From positions 153,300 through 217,299 of the forward strand of contig CAZLUD010000002.1 of assembly GCA_964562615.1 (NCBI GenBank): 64,000 bases of DNA, written 5' to 3'. The position numbers were made by a program, and so were the translations under genes. Positions 52,685 through 62,117 of this stretch are shown one piece after another. Numbering within the stretch: position 1 is the first letter of the stretch; every line of letters begins with the position of its first letter. Under the pieces are notes generated by a model. It did not search any database. It was not told the origin of the DNA and was given only the letters and a program-made list of their open reading frames with translations. Source of the DNA: an uncultured Candidatus Saccharibacteria bacterium (GTDB taxonomy: Bacteria > Patescibacteriota > Minisyncoccia > Phycocordibacterales > UBA12088).

Positions 52685-53194
52685 TCAATAGAAGGGGCGT
52701 CTCATTATGATTTCATCAAGGTGCACCTTGTCTGTTACCCTATATAGTGACGTTTCTCCCGTTGGAACAAAACCGTGCGCGGTATAAAAAGCAATAGCGC
52801 GATCATTATTGGCTACTACTGATAACTCAATATCGGCTTGAGCCAGGCGAATTGACTCCTGCATCAACAACGTGCCGATACCCATCCTTAGACGAGTTGG
52901 ATCAACATAAAACTGTGACAATCTCCAGAGCGCATCCTTCTTGCTAAGAACACATACACCACAAACCACCCCATCGCTATCCTCTGCCACAAGCACAACG
53001 CGTAATGATACGTCTTGCGCTTCTATATATTGCACATAGGTGTCTACTTTTTTATCTCTAGCACCAAATGACTCAGTGATAGCTTCTATGCATACACCTA
53101 GTGGAACATACGTGGCACACCACGCTCGAAACAATACATCTACTATTGCTGAGGCATCATCTGGTTTTGCGATTCGTATATGCACCTGCGTCAT
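52685..53194 (-). CDS. GNAT family N-acetyltransferase
   Basis: The acetyl-CoA binding context QFYVDPTRLRMGIGTLLM and the overall GNAT length and pattern. Confidence 0.8.
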   Translation of the reverse strand: MTQVHIRIAKPDDASAIVDVLFRAWCATYVPLGVCIEAITESFGARDKKVDTYVQYIEAQDVSLRVVLVAEDSDGVVCGVCVLSKKDALWRLSQFYVDPTRLRMGIGTLLMQESIRLAQADIELSVVANNDRAIAFYTAHGFVPTGETSLYRVTDKVHLDEIIMRRPFY

Positions 53195-53247
53195 AGTTAT
53201 ACCCTAGCACAAACAACTACACCGAATGAATACTCCCTACAAAAAAA

Positions 53248-53271
53248 CAAAACCCCTCAAGAGGGGTTTTG
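53248..53271 (-). terminator. rho-independent terminator for the 38-aa basic protein gene
   Basis: caaaacccc-tcaaga-ggggttttg, followed on the minus strand by a 7-T run (plus-strand A-run at 53241-53247). Confidence 0.7.
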
Positions 53272-53291
53272 TTTTCTCAAAGAGAGTAGAG

Positions 53292-53408
53292 TTATCGGCG
53301 GCGGCGTGCTGCCTTCTTTGCTACCTTCTTTGTAGCCTTCTTAGCTACTCGCTTCTTTGCTACTTTCTTTGTAGCTTTCTTAGCTACTCGTTTCTTTTTT
53401 GCTGGCAT
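53292..53408 (-). CDS. 38-aa Lys/Arg-rich basic protein (histone-H1-like composition), absent from the ORF track
   Basis: Minus-strand ATG at 53406-53408 and TAA at 53292-53294. Translation: MPAKKKRVAKKATKKVAKKRVAKKATKKVAKKAARRRR. It contains a 39-nt tandem duplication and has its own terminator. Confidence 0.6.
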   Translation of the reverse strand: MPAKKKRVAKKATKKVAKKRVAKKATKKVAKKAARRRR

Positions 53409-53614
53409 GATTTTTTTTATGCAAATTTACCAATTAAAGGCGAACGATATCCGACCAGTAACACATCATGTTACATAGTATCGCTGCTCGTTATAATTAT
53501 CATGCACAACAATGTAAGTAACAATAATATTTACTCAATTTATGTGGATAACTTTTTTAACAAATTTTTTATGTGTAGATGACATCATAAAAAATTTTGC
53601 ATACATGTGTCGCG

Positions 53615-54643
53615 TTAAAATTTTTTCTTGTGTGTTGTGGTGATGATAGTTACCTCTGGTACAACATTGATAGCAGTTGCAGCAAAAACTTTTTTGATAA
53701 CTTCATCAGCTAGTGCGAGTATCTCTTGTGTTGTTGCGCCACGCGTAGCAACCATCACTAATGGTTGTCGTTCATACAATGATGCGTGTCCGTGTGTGTA
53801 TCCCTTGAGATGTAGGACGTTATCCAATATCCACGCAAGTGGCACCTTTACCAAATCCCCTTCTATATAGCCAGGAATTAGAGGGTACCGCTCTTTAAGG
53901 CGTGCGTATGCTGCGTGGGTAATATGTGGGTTTTTAAAAAATGACCCCGCAGTACCATGGGTATCAAGTGAAGGAAACTTTTGGTTACGTATCGCTAACA
54001 CCACATCGCGCACCTCATGTACTGAAGATTCGGCAGTAAGTGTACTCTGCGCAAGGTCTTTGTATGAGAGTTGTGGTTGCCCTTTTGTAGTGAGTGCAAA
54101 GGTAACCTGAGTAATGATGAGATGTTCATTATCTTGAAACATGCTGTGACGATAGGCAAAGTCAGCATCATGTATGGTTACGGTACGTACATCATGTAGT
54201 GTGGTATCAAGCACTTGTGCAGATACAAATACATCTTTTACTTCAGCACCATATGCACCAATGTTTTGCACCAGTGATGCGCCAACGTATCCCGGTATAC
54301 CAGAAAGATTTTCTAATCCCCACAAATTGTTTTTAACCGCATACGCAACTATGTCATCCCATGACTCTCCGGCGCCAACGCATAAAGTCGAAACGTCTCT
54401 TTCACCACTGGTGAGCTGTATACCTTTTATATGTATATGTATAACTAATCCATCAAATCCATTGTCATCAAACAACACATTGGAACCACCAGAAAGAACA
54501 ATCCATGGCAACTTATTTGTGTTTGCAAATGCAATTGCTTCTTTGAGTATATCTACGCTGGTAGCAGAAATAAAAAAGCGGGCGTTGCCGCCAGTCTTAA
54601 ATGTAGAGTACTCTCTAAGTGGTATATATTCTCTGAGTTCCAT
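53615..54643 (-). CDS. murB: UDP-N-acetylenolpyruvoylglucosamine reductase
   Basis: LREYSTFKTGGNARFF, the FAD-binding segment VLSGGSNVLF, GLENLSGIPGYVGASLVQNIGAYG, and the C-terminal MurB domain. Confidence 0.9.
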   Translation of the reverse strand: MELREYIPLREYSTFKTGGNARFFISATSVDILKEAIAFANTNKLPWIVLSGGSNVLFDDNGFDGLVIHIHIKGIQLTSGERDVSTLCVGAGESWDDIVAYAVKNNLWGLENLSGIPGYVGASLVQNIGAYGAEVKDVFVSAQVLDTTLHDVRTVTIHDADFAYRHSMFQDNEHLIITQVTFALTTKGQPQLSYKDLAQSTLTAESSVHEVRDVVLAIRNQKFPSLDTHGTAGSFFKNPHITHAAYARLKERYPLIPGYIEGDLVKVPLAWILDNVLHLKGYTHGHASLYERQPLVMVATRGATTQEILALADEVIKKVFAATAINVVPEVTIITTTHKKKF

Positions 54644-54798
54644 AGTTCCGAAAAGATATGGGGAGCGGGAGCGAGCTCCAAGTGAAAATCTATGTGAGTG
54701 CCACCGCCCCCCGTACCTGTTAAGAACCTATCTATAGTAACGAATATGAGTAAAGTTGCAACCAAGCACCAGCATACCATCCTTTAATACAGCAAGAT

Positions 54799-54828
54799 GC
54801 CAGAAGTAGTACGAATACTACTTCTGGC
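54799..54828 (-). terminator. 13-bp hairpin just downstream of the 78-aa gene
   Basis: gccagaagtagta-cgaa-tactacttctggc. No clear U-tract. Confidence 0.4.
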
Positions 54829-54834
54829 CTTAGT

Positions 54835-55071
54835 TCAAATGCCCCATGTTTCCTTTACTCTTTTCGCTTGATCATTGCAGACACCTAACAGATTAAATAT
54901 TGTTCGCCAACATTGCACGTAATACTGAATAATATATAAAGCGCTAGGTTCAATATATACCGGAGGAGTATTTGGAGGAATATTTGATATCCCACCTGCA
55001 GCCCTATTTTCATTTGCTGCAGGCGTGGCCATACCTGAACAAGTAATACTAGATGCTGTTAGTAAACTCAT
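54835..55071 (-). CDS. 78-aa hypothetical protein with perfect Shine-Dalgarno
   Basis: AGGAGG (plus-strand cctcct at 55078-55083) lies 6 nt upstream of the ATG. The product has 3 Cys and matches no family I recognise. Confidence 0.55.
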   Translation of the reverse strand: MSLLTASSITCSGMATPAANENRAAGGISNIPPNTPPVYIEPSALYIIQYYVQCWRTIFNLLGVCNDQAKRVKETWGI

Positions 55072-55204
55072 CGGAAACCTCCTAACCTGGGGTTACGCTA
55101 CCTAAAGTGAACCACTTTTTGAAAAGGACGCAAGTCGACAATTCGCCCTTCTAAATTTCTAAAAATCATGTAGTCTGTGTTGGGTCAAATACCTGGAGGT
55201 GGTG

Positions 55205-55609
55205 ATGGGTAAACAAATTGCCCGTGTGCTCTTTGAAAAACTTGTGTTAGTGAACAGCATACTCAAAAGAGAAATTATTGCTGCTAACAAAAAGGATATT
55301 AAAACAATAGTATCCAGTCTTGGAAGCAAGATAGACAGTGCCAAAGCACTAGATGATGCCTGGCGTAACTGGCTCACAATGTGTTGTGATACTCCAGAAA
55401 TTTGCGCGGCAATTAGTATGGTAATACGAATAAGAATATTCGAGCAGCTTGTAGAGTTACATCAAAACTTTAGATCGAATTATGATGCGTTGCAACAACT
55501 GTATGATGAAGGTTGCACAAGTAAAGCAGTGCGTGAATCTCTATTTTTAGTAACACCACCTCCAATAGAAGAAGCCGAGGTGATACATGTTAAGTTCGGA
55601 AAGCGTTAA
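55205..55609 (+). CDS. 134-aa helical hypothetical protein
   Basis: GGAGG at 55195-55199 lies 5 nt upstream of ATG 55205. Divergent from the 78-aa gene. Confidence 0.6.
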   Translation: MGKQIARVLFEKLVLVNSILKREIIAANKKDIKTIVSSLGSKIDSAKALDDAWRNWLTMCCDTPEICAAISMVIRIRIFEQLVELHQNFRSNYDALQQLYDEGCTSKAVRESLFLVTPPPIEEAEVIHVKFGKR

Positions 55610-55623
55610 TTCGCTTTCCGAAC
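55594..55623. terminator. bidirectional hairpin enclosing the stop codons of two convergent, overlapping genes
   Basis: gttcggaaagcg-ttaatt-cgctttccgaac. The TAA of the plus gene and the TTA (stop of the minus gene) lie in the loop. Confidence 0.55.
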
Positions 55624-56058
55624 TCTTCCTTTTATAAGCGCATACACATAGATAATTGCTGAGTATATTGCAAGCGCATATGAGGCAATTCTTGTTCGAT
55701 GAGTTATTTCAACAGTTGCTCCAAAGGCAACATCATAATTTGGGAAGAAGTATATAAACAATATAGTTACAAGAAGTCCTATCAAAAATAGATTTCTAAA
55801 AATTCTAAATTGTCTTGAATTGAAAAAGAGTGATAGTAAAAAAGTAATGAACAGTACTAATCCTAAATTGAGTATGATTGTACGGTCTCCACTCAAAAAA
55901 CTTAATTCACACCAATAAACAGAGCCAAATAACCAATGCGTGTGATTCATTACAGCTTGGCATAACCCAAACGTCCCCGGACTCCATAACACATAGCTTG
56001 TAAATAAAAGCAAAGCCCCTACTACTATGAAAGCTATTTTTTGTATCATGTTTTCCAT
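55606..56058 (-). CDS. integral membrane protein (about 4 TM), unknown function
   Basis: 150-aa hydrophobic ORF that is very AT-rich relative to the rest of the window. Confidence 0.55.
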   Translation of the reverse strand: MENMIQKIAFIVVGALLLFTSYVLWSPGTFGLCQAVMNHTHWLFGSVYWCELSFLSGDRTIILNLGLVLFITFLLSLFFNSRQFRIFRNLFLIGLLVTILFIYFFPNYDVAFGATVEITHRTRIASYALAIYSAIIYVYALIKGRVRKAN

Positions 56059-56062
56059 ATTG

Positions 56063-58492
56063 TTATTTTATCCTACTTCTTAAACTTTCATAAAGCTCTT
56101 TATACAGTGCTCTAAATGCATTCATCTCAGGACTTGCCCACGTACCCATGGTGCGCTTTTTCATTATCTTGTAGCCACCATTAATAACTATAGATGCGGT
56201 ATAGGGGCGGTCCATAGCAATGTACCGTCGTGCATAGTAGAGCTTGTGCAAAAATACCACCTGAAAGTAGCGTGATATAGGAAGCGTAGGTGCCATGGCG
56301 GTTATGTCTGCCATAATAGCTTCTGGATCTCGGTGTCCACTAGTAGGCGTGGGAGTATTTGCGAGTATGTCCTTTTCATAATTTCCATCACCCTCAGTAT
56401 CAACCAAGAATGACGTAAGGGTGCCATCTGGTGCAATAGTAATCTTGGCATCAGTATCAGTAGACACTGGGATATCTGGGTAATTTTTTCCTTGAGTCAC
56501 ACCCGCTTGTGTGACGGTATCAAATGATACTGAGAAAGTACCACTCCCTGTACCAGCTAACTCTAGGTGGTACTCCTCGCCAGTAGGCAAGACTACGTAC
56601 TTGGCATCCCCCACCTCTAGGTAGGCACTGTTAGGGATATCTTCTGTATACGACACCACTTGAGGAGTGTGGATCTGTTTGCCAGTATATTGGCCACTAG
56701 TATTAGTTGCGGCAATACTTATTGGTGAATGAACACCTATGAGGGTGCCTTTAGGGATAAATGATGGTGATGGCTTATTTTTTTCTATAAACATAGTTCC
56801 GAGGTTCTCCTCACGAACTAAATTTTTTATGAGTGAAGCAACTTCCTTTGCTTCGAACAACATTCCATGATCAATATTAATATTATTTAATTTGTTAAAC
56901 CCAAAAACATTAAAATAATACGTCACATTATTATTACTATCCCCCACTACCGTACCGTCCCCATCAAAGGTAAGTTGCGGGGTGTATCGTATAGCATTAT
57001 TTGATGGTGGCTCACCTTCATAGGTAATACCCTCTATCGTTGGTATACCCCACCCTACCACCGTTGTCACCTCTATATTGTTTGGTGCCGTCCATGCATC
57101 AAGGGTGTCATGGAGTAATTGCGCTCTGCTTAATAGCCCTTGATGCAAAGTTGCAGGGGTTTGAATATCATCAAACACAGGTGTATTTCGTAGGTCATGA
57201 CTATCTGTTAAAAAAGTCTCGAGTGATTCTCGTGAAGAGATGTTTTCTCCGTAGGCAAGTCCCCATGTGGAAAGTTTTTGATTATGTGGAAGTATACGCA
57301 CCGCGCTTGTGCCCGCATGCACAAAGTACTCATGTGATGGAAGAAGCACATGTGCACTAATCATATTGTGTATCGCGTCACGCGCATATGGCTCACTAAG
57401 AGCAAGCCCAAAGAAAAACCGTTGTCCATGCCCATGCAGGAGCGACCCTACCGCACTTGGCGTGCCAGTCTCTGGCGTACCTACCGTTACAAATTTATCT
57501 ACTAAGTCTTCTTTGCCTTGGCGAACAAGTTCATCGATAAGAAGCTTTCCTACCAAGCCTCCCATTGAGTGCGCGACAATGGTTACCTTTCCTGTTTGCG
57601 ATTTCTCAGCTAGGCTCTCTAATTCATGCACCATGGTGGTACCTCCGTCCTTCGTATTAATCACCCCACGCGCAATAGTCTCTATATCTAATCGCCAATC
57701 ATATGGTTGCGCATGCCATTCATTAATATCTCGGGTTTCTTTAAGAGCATCTAACGAAGCAAAAAACTGGGTATAAAAATGCGACGAACCAGCACTCGCT
57801 ATTACCTCATTGGTATAGATATCTTTTTTGCTTGTACCATCACTATTCATGGCAAGCTCTGAGGAGTCATAGTTCCCTACAAACAATTGCGGTGGCCATA
57901 GCTGATCATTGCTATCTTGCACATACAAATCACTTCCTGAAATACCAGGGATAAAAAAGACGTTCGAGCAACAATCTTCAGTACGATTTTCTGCGTAGGT
58001 GAAGGTAATAGTGTCATACGAGAGTGGCGGATTCCCTTTTGTACCTCCAGAGGTAAACCAGTCATATCCATTTTGCGGATTTCCTGGTTGTGGCTTCGTT
58101 ACTACCACAGTATACGTACCAAATGGTGCACTTTTTAGTGACAAAAATCTATTTGATAACACCACGGACCCTGCATTCCATCCCTTAAATCCAAACCCAG
58201 AGTACGCGGGATCAGTATTACCAAAGGTTCCCTTAAACACTCCTATTCCTCCATCAGGAAAAATAGCCGGTGCATCAGATGTAAATCGAAATGTCCAACT
58301 ATCCCCCATGTTAGTAAGGTCTTCAGGAACTATAACTGCCCCATCAGTAATCACCTTGCCGCCGGTGGTTACCGACGTAAAGAGCACAGAAGCAAATGCA
58401 GGTGTTGGAACAAAAAAAGCACCAACGGTGCATACAAAAACTACGTATAAAAAAATATGGTGGAGCCCCCTATAATGTGCCAAAGGCGACAT
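56063..58492 (-). CDS. secreted LCAT/PGAP1-like alpha/beta-hydrolase (lipase/acyltransferase) with N- and C-terminal beta-rich extensions
   Basis: AQPYDWRLD (the LCAT-family YDWR motif) and the nucleophile elbow VTIVAHSMGGLVG (Ser codon at 57566-57568). Start at MSPLAHYRGLHHIFLYVVFVCTVGAFFVPTPAFA (signal peptide), with TAGTAT 8 nt upstream. Confidence 0.72.
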   Translation of the reverse strand: MSPLAHYRGLHHIFLYVVFVCTVGAFFVPTPAFASVLFTSVTTGGKVITDGAVIVPEDLTNMGDSWTFRFTSDAPAIFPDGGIGVFKGTFGNTDPAYSGFGFKGWNAGSVVLSNRFLSLKSAPFGTYTVVVTKPQPGNPQNGYDWFTSGGTKGNPPLSYDTITFTYAENRTEDCCSNVFFIPGISGSDLYVQDSNDQLWPPQLFVGNYDSSELAMNSDGTSKKDIYTNEVIASAGSSHFYTQFFASLDALKETRDINEWHAQPYDWRLDIETIARGVINTKDGGTTMVHELESLAEKSQTGKVTIVAHSMGGLVGKLLIDELVRQGKEDLVDKFVTVGTPETGTPSAVGSLLHGHGQRFFFGLALSEPYARDAIHNMISAHVLLPSHEYFVHAGTSAVRILPHNQKLSTWGLAYGENISSRESLETFLTDSHDLRNTPVFDDIQTPATLHQGLLSRAQLLHDTLDAWTAPNNIEVTTVVGWGIPTIEGITYEGEPPSNNAIRYTPQLTFDGDGTVVGDSNNNVTYYFNVFGFNKLNNINIDHGMLFEAKEVASLIKNLVREENLGTMFIEKNKPSPSFIPKGTLIGVHSPISIAATNTSGQYTGKQIHTPQVVSYTEDIPNSAYLEVGDAKYVVLPTGEEYHLELAGTGSGTFSVSFDTVTQAGVTQGKNYPDIPVSTDTDAKITIAPDGTLTSFLVDTEGDGNYEKDILANTPTPTSGHRDPEAIMADITAMAPTLPISRYFQVVFLHKLYYARRYIAMDRPYTASIVINGGYKIMKKRTMGTWASPEMNAFRALYKELYESLRSRIK

Positions 58493-58513
58493 ACCACTAC
58501 ATACTACCACAAA

Positions 58514-58541
58514 CGAAAAAGCCCCCGAAGGGGCGTTTTCG
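58514..58541 (-). terminator. rho-independent terminator after the Wzy_C/TPR gene
   Basis: Minus-strand reading: cgaaaacgcccc-ttcg-ggggc, followed by tttttcg. Confidence 0.7.
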
Positions 58542-58615
58542 TAGATTTTCTTGGAAGCCTCACAACTTTCGAGGCACTCACAAAAGAAGTATAGCAGACA
58601 AATCGTAAATGTCAA

Positions 58616-60781
58616 TTACCGCATTGCATCAACCTCTTGTAGATAGGACGCAATTTCTTCTGCTCTATCAGGGAATGCCTCCTGCATTCGCACCAGTGTC
58701 TCTCGAGCCTTTTTCTTATCACCACTATTTAGATATGCCGCCGCAAGTCCTAGGAGTGATTCGTTATCAGTTGATGCTCTAAGCTCCCATATAGCAACCA
58801 CTGATGCCATATCCTTAGCATTGTAGTAGCTAGTGAGAAGTGTGTTGTTGTCTAGTATATGCGTACCTACCTGCTCGGTTAAAAATGCTTTCGCCTCAGC
58901 AAGTCTGTCATCATAGATAAGGGCTACGGCATAAAAGACAGCAGCTTGTTCATTTGAAGGAGCGAGATCGAATGCCGTCTTCATATACTCGACACCCATC
59001 TTGGTGTCGCCTCCGTTTATACTTGCAAGTCCAAGCTCATAGTAGATAGTCTGTTTTTTTGGAGAAAGCGCTAGCGCTTTTTTGAGCGACTCACTTGCTT
59101 CACCTGGCTGACCTGCGCCATTGAGGAATGTCCCGAGGAAAAGTTGTAGTCGTGCATCATCTGGGTATTGATCAATCTCTGATTGCAATATCGCCACCGC
59201 ACCCGCAGAAAACTTTTGCTTTTCTTCCTGTGTTACGGTGTCTGCATTTACCACCTGTAGCGCAGCTTGAATTACTTGCTCGGCAGTTTCTTGCCTTCCT
59301 ACGCTATTTTTTGCATACGCTTCCTGGTACATCGCAAGATTAACCAGCACCCCTCCCTCTTGTGGAGAATAGGTATCAATCAGCAATCGAGCTGTTTGAA
59401 TACCAGGAATGTTAATCGCATACACACTCACTGCAGTTATCACAAACACCGCAGGAGCCACCATTGTATAGACGGTCTGTTCACTGATTCTTTTTTCTGC
59501 AAAGAGGGTCGGTTCGTCCTTGGTAGTGCGTGTGTGTAGATAGGCAAGCAAACTCACAAAGAACACATAGCTGATCAAGTTGTCGAACACAAAGATGTTG
59601 TGCACCATATAGGCACCAAGTAGCCCGGTGAATATTGCCTTCTCAGTGGCGGTAAAGTCACCCTTTTTAGAAAGCCACAGATAATAGAGTGCGATTCCAA
59701 AAAGAGATAGATAGAGCGCAAACCCAAGGACGCCGCCCGCAATAAGCCAATCAAGGAAAATATTATGCACCCTATCAAACCACTGCTCTTGCTTGTACAT
59801 GAGCGGGTTGTAGTGCTGGTTAAAGACATAGTTAAAACTCTCTTGTCCCCACCCAAGTACAGGCCTCTCTTTAAAGCCTTCGTACGCCATGTTCCATATC
59901 ATGAATCGAGAAATGGTAGTGGTGTCAGTAAGGGATATAGAGGCAAAACGATTGAGTACCGGTGAAGACGTAACAAAGGCACTATCGCGATTCATGAAGA
60001 ATACCCCCGCACCAAGCGCAAGGAGGATAAGCAGTATGCCTGATCCGTATCTGAGTTGCTTTTTTTGTGAAAGGAATGCAGCGATAATTGCCGCAAGAGT
60101 GATGCCACCCAAAAATCCAAGTATCGCTCCGCGAGTCGCTGTGTAATAGAGCGTCACCAGCATCAAGAGAACAAAGAATGCGTACGGCAGACGGTAAAAC
60201 CATCTAAGCCCATCCCGTAGCGCATACTGAATAGCGATAAATATATGAAAGAGCGTATACACCGCAAGGTATGTTGGGTTACCAAGAGTAACATCAATAC
60301 GTGACCCCCCTACTCCATTAAATAGATACTCTCGTATCTCAAGCATGCCTTGTATACCGATTACCGTAGCTACCGCAATTGAGATATGCCAAAACCAATA
60401 CCACAAACGCTCGGTAGTAAGTACGCTTATCGTAATGACAAAATAGAGCAACAAGTGGAAGAGCGTAATCCAGCCCTCCATTCGCTCAAAGTTTGAAAAG
60501 AAACTCTTAAAGACATTTGGACTAAAGAGGTCTGCCACAAATATCCACCCCACAAACATGGCAAGCGACGCAAGAAGCCATGAAAATTTTGGACGATACG
60601 CGGGCTCCATGATGGCGAGTACCACCCATACCCCAAAGAGAACTTCTACTAATATTCTGAATGAAAATCCCTTCCCGGTAATATACGGAAAGAACATCGA
60701 CTCACTAACAATAAGTGGAATAAAAGGTACCAAAAAGGTACCAGCAATAAGCGTATAACGCAGTGCATCTTTAATAGTCAT
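58616..60781 (-). CDS. O-antigen ligase/Wzy_C-like polytopic membrane protein with C-terminal TPR repeats
   Basis: YYTATRGAILGFLGG and RVHNIFLDWLIAGGVLGF (Wzy_C hallmarks), at least 10 TM helices, and C-terminal TPR-like repeats (ASESLKKALALSPKKQTIYYELG...). Confidence 0.8.
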   Translation of the reverse strand: MTIKDALRYTLIAGTFLVPFIPLIVSESMFFPYITGKGFSFRILVEVLFGVWVVLAIMEPAYRPKFSWLLASLAMFVGWIFVADLFSPNVFKSFFSNFERMEGWITLFHLLLYFVITISVLTTERLWYWFWHISIAVATVIGIQGMLEIREYLFNGVGGSRIDVTLGNPTYLAVYTLFHIFIAIQYALRDGLRWFYRLPYAFFVLLMLVTLYYTATRGAILGFLGGITLAAIIAAFLSQKKQLRYGSGILLILLALGAGVFFMNRDSAFVTSSPVLNRFASISLTDTTTISRFMIWNMAYEGFKERPVLGWGQESFNYVFNQHYNPLMYKQEQWFDRVHNIFLDWLIAGGVLGFALYLSLFGIALYYLWLSKKGDFTATEKAIFTGLLGAYMVHNIFVFDNLISYVFFVSLLAYLHTRTTKDEPTLFAEKRISEQTVYTMVAPAVFVITAVSVYAINIPGIQTARLLIDTYSPQEGGVLVNLAMYQEAYAKNSVGRQETAEQVIQAALQVVNADTVTQEEKQKFSAGAVAILQSEIDQYPDDARLQLFLGTFLNGAGQPGEASESLKKALALSPKKQTIYYELGLASINGGDTKMGVEYMKTAFDLAPSNEQAAVFYAVALIYDDRLAEAKAFLTEQVGTHILDNNTLLTSYYNAKDMASVVAIWELRASTDNESLLGLAAAYLNSGDKKKARETLVRMQEAFPDRAEEIASYLQEVDAMR

Positions 60782-60839
60782 TGAAAAGACTATACCACGG
60801 CAGTATCCCTATTGCGAATCGGGAGTTACAATACAGTAC

Positions 60840-62117
60840 ATGCTCACATCGCTTAAAACCCGCCTGCTGGCGATCCTCAAAAAATCAGAGCGCTACACCA
60901 AAACCGACATGAAATACCTTCTTGGTGGAGGGTTTTGGATTACCTTTGGACAACTGATTACGGGTGTCTCAGGGCTTATTTTATCCTACGCATTTGCTAA
61001 CCTTGTTTCCCCTGAAGTCTTTGGTAACTACCGATTTATTCTCTCTGTTGTTGGTGTGTTGGGCGCCCTTACCCTACCTGGTCTTGCCACATCAATAGTA
61101 CGGGCGGTTGCCCTTAACGAAAGGGGGGTATTTGCTCACAGCCTTATGGTGCGCATGCGTTGGGGTGTCCTTGCGTCAGTCATAGCTCTTGGTATCGCTA
61201 CCTACTACTATGGTGTTGAGCAAAATATTGAATTAGCACTAGCGCTTGTCGTCGCAGCGATATTTCTTCCCTTGTTTGAGCCGGTCCAGATGTACTCATC
61301 GTACCTAAGTGGAAAAAAAGATTTCAAGCGAACAAGTATGTACCTCACTCTTGCACACCTTGCTGGCACGCTAGGAGTCATCGGGACACTGTTTTACTCA
61401 ACAGAGTTACTCATTCTTGTTATTGCCTACTTTGTCTCGTATACCACCGCGCATGCAATGATGCTTGTGTTTGTCATTAACAAGTACCGCGAAGTACTTG
61501 TACACGACGCGACACATACAGAAACCATTGAATACGGCAAACACCTTAGTTATATAAATGGCTTCTATGTAATCACCACACACATAGACAAGGTCTTAGT
61601 CTTCTACTTTTTAGGACCAATTGATCTTGCGATATACACCTTTGCGACCTTATTTCCCGACTATATACGCAACATGACCCGCACCATAAGCACTGTTGCC
61701 CTGCCAAAATTTGCAGAGCGTTCAATGAAGGAAATTGGCCACACTATCTATGCCCGAATGACACTCTTTGGTGTGTTCCTTCTTGGTATCGCCGGTATCT
61801 ACGCACTACTTGCACCGTATCTATTTGAATTACTATTCCCACAATATCTTGCAAGCATTCCTTACACGCAATTGTTGTCACTCACCATACTCGGCGCGCT
61901 CATGTCTATACCAAACACCATTCTACGAGCACATAAAAAAGTAAAAGAGCTGTACACACTACAAATCTCAGGATCCGTAATTCAGATTTTTTCACTCGTT
62001 ATAGGTGTTGCGTTTTTTGGCATCATGGGTGCCATTGTTGCGCGCATAGGCGCACGACTCCTCCAAGCAGGGCTAGGATCTATATATCTCAATAAGATGT
62101 TTAGAACGGCAGATTAA
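60840..62117 (+). CDS. oligosaccharide flippase (MOP/Wzx-like polysaccharide biosynthesis protein)
   Basis: 425 aa and about 12 TM, with the N-terminal pattern LLGGGFWITFGQLITGVSGLILSYAFANLVSPEVFGNY typical of Wzx-type proteins. TACAAT lies 7 nt upstream of the ATG. Confidence 0.75.
   Translation: MLTSLKTRLLAILKKSERYTKTDMKYLLGGGFWITFGQLITGVSGLILSYAFANLVSPEVFGNYRFILSVVGVLGALTLPGLATSIVRAVALNERGVFAHSLMVRMRWGVLASVIALGIATYYYGVEQNIELALALVVAAIFLPLFEPVQMYSSYLSGKKDFKRTSMYLTLAHLAGTLGVIGTLFYSTELLILVIAYFVSYTTAHAMMLVFVINKYREVLVHDATHTETIEYGKHLSYINGFYVITTHIDKVLVFYFLGPIDLAIYTFATLFPDYIRNMTRTISTVALPKFAERSMKEIGHTIYARMTLFGVFLLGIAGIYALLAPYLFELLFPQYLASIPYTQLLSLTILGALMSIPNTILRAHKKVKELYTLQISGSVIQIFSLVIGVAFFGIMGAIVARIGARLLQAGLGSIYLNKMFRTAD

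Noticed and set aside
53226-53582. The 118-aa plus-strand ORF (MNTPYKKTKPLKRGFVFSK...CYLLCSLLSYSLLCYFLCSFLSYSF...).
   Set aside because: Its repetitive Leu/Cys/Ser core is the reverse-complement reading of the Lys-rich 38-aa minus-strand gene. The rest covers AT-rich intergenic DNA. The minus-strand mini-gene has a matching terminator, while this ORF has none.
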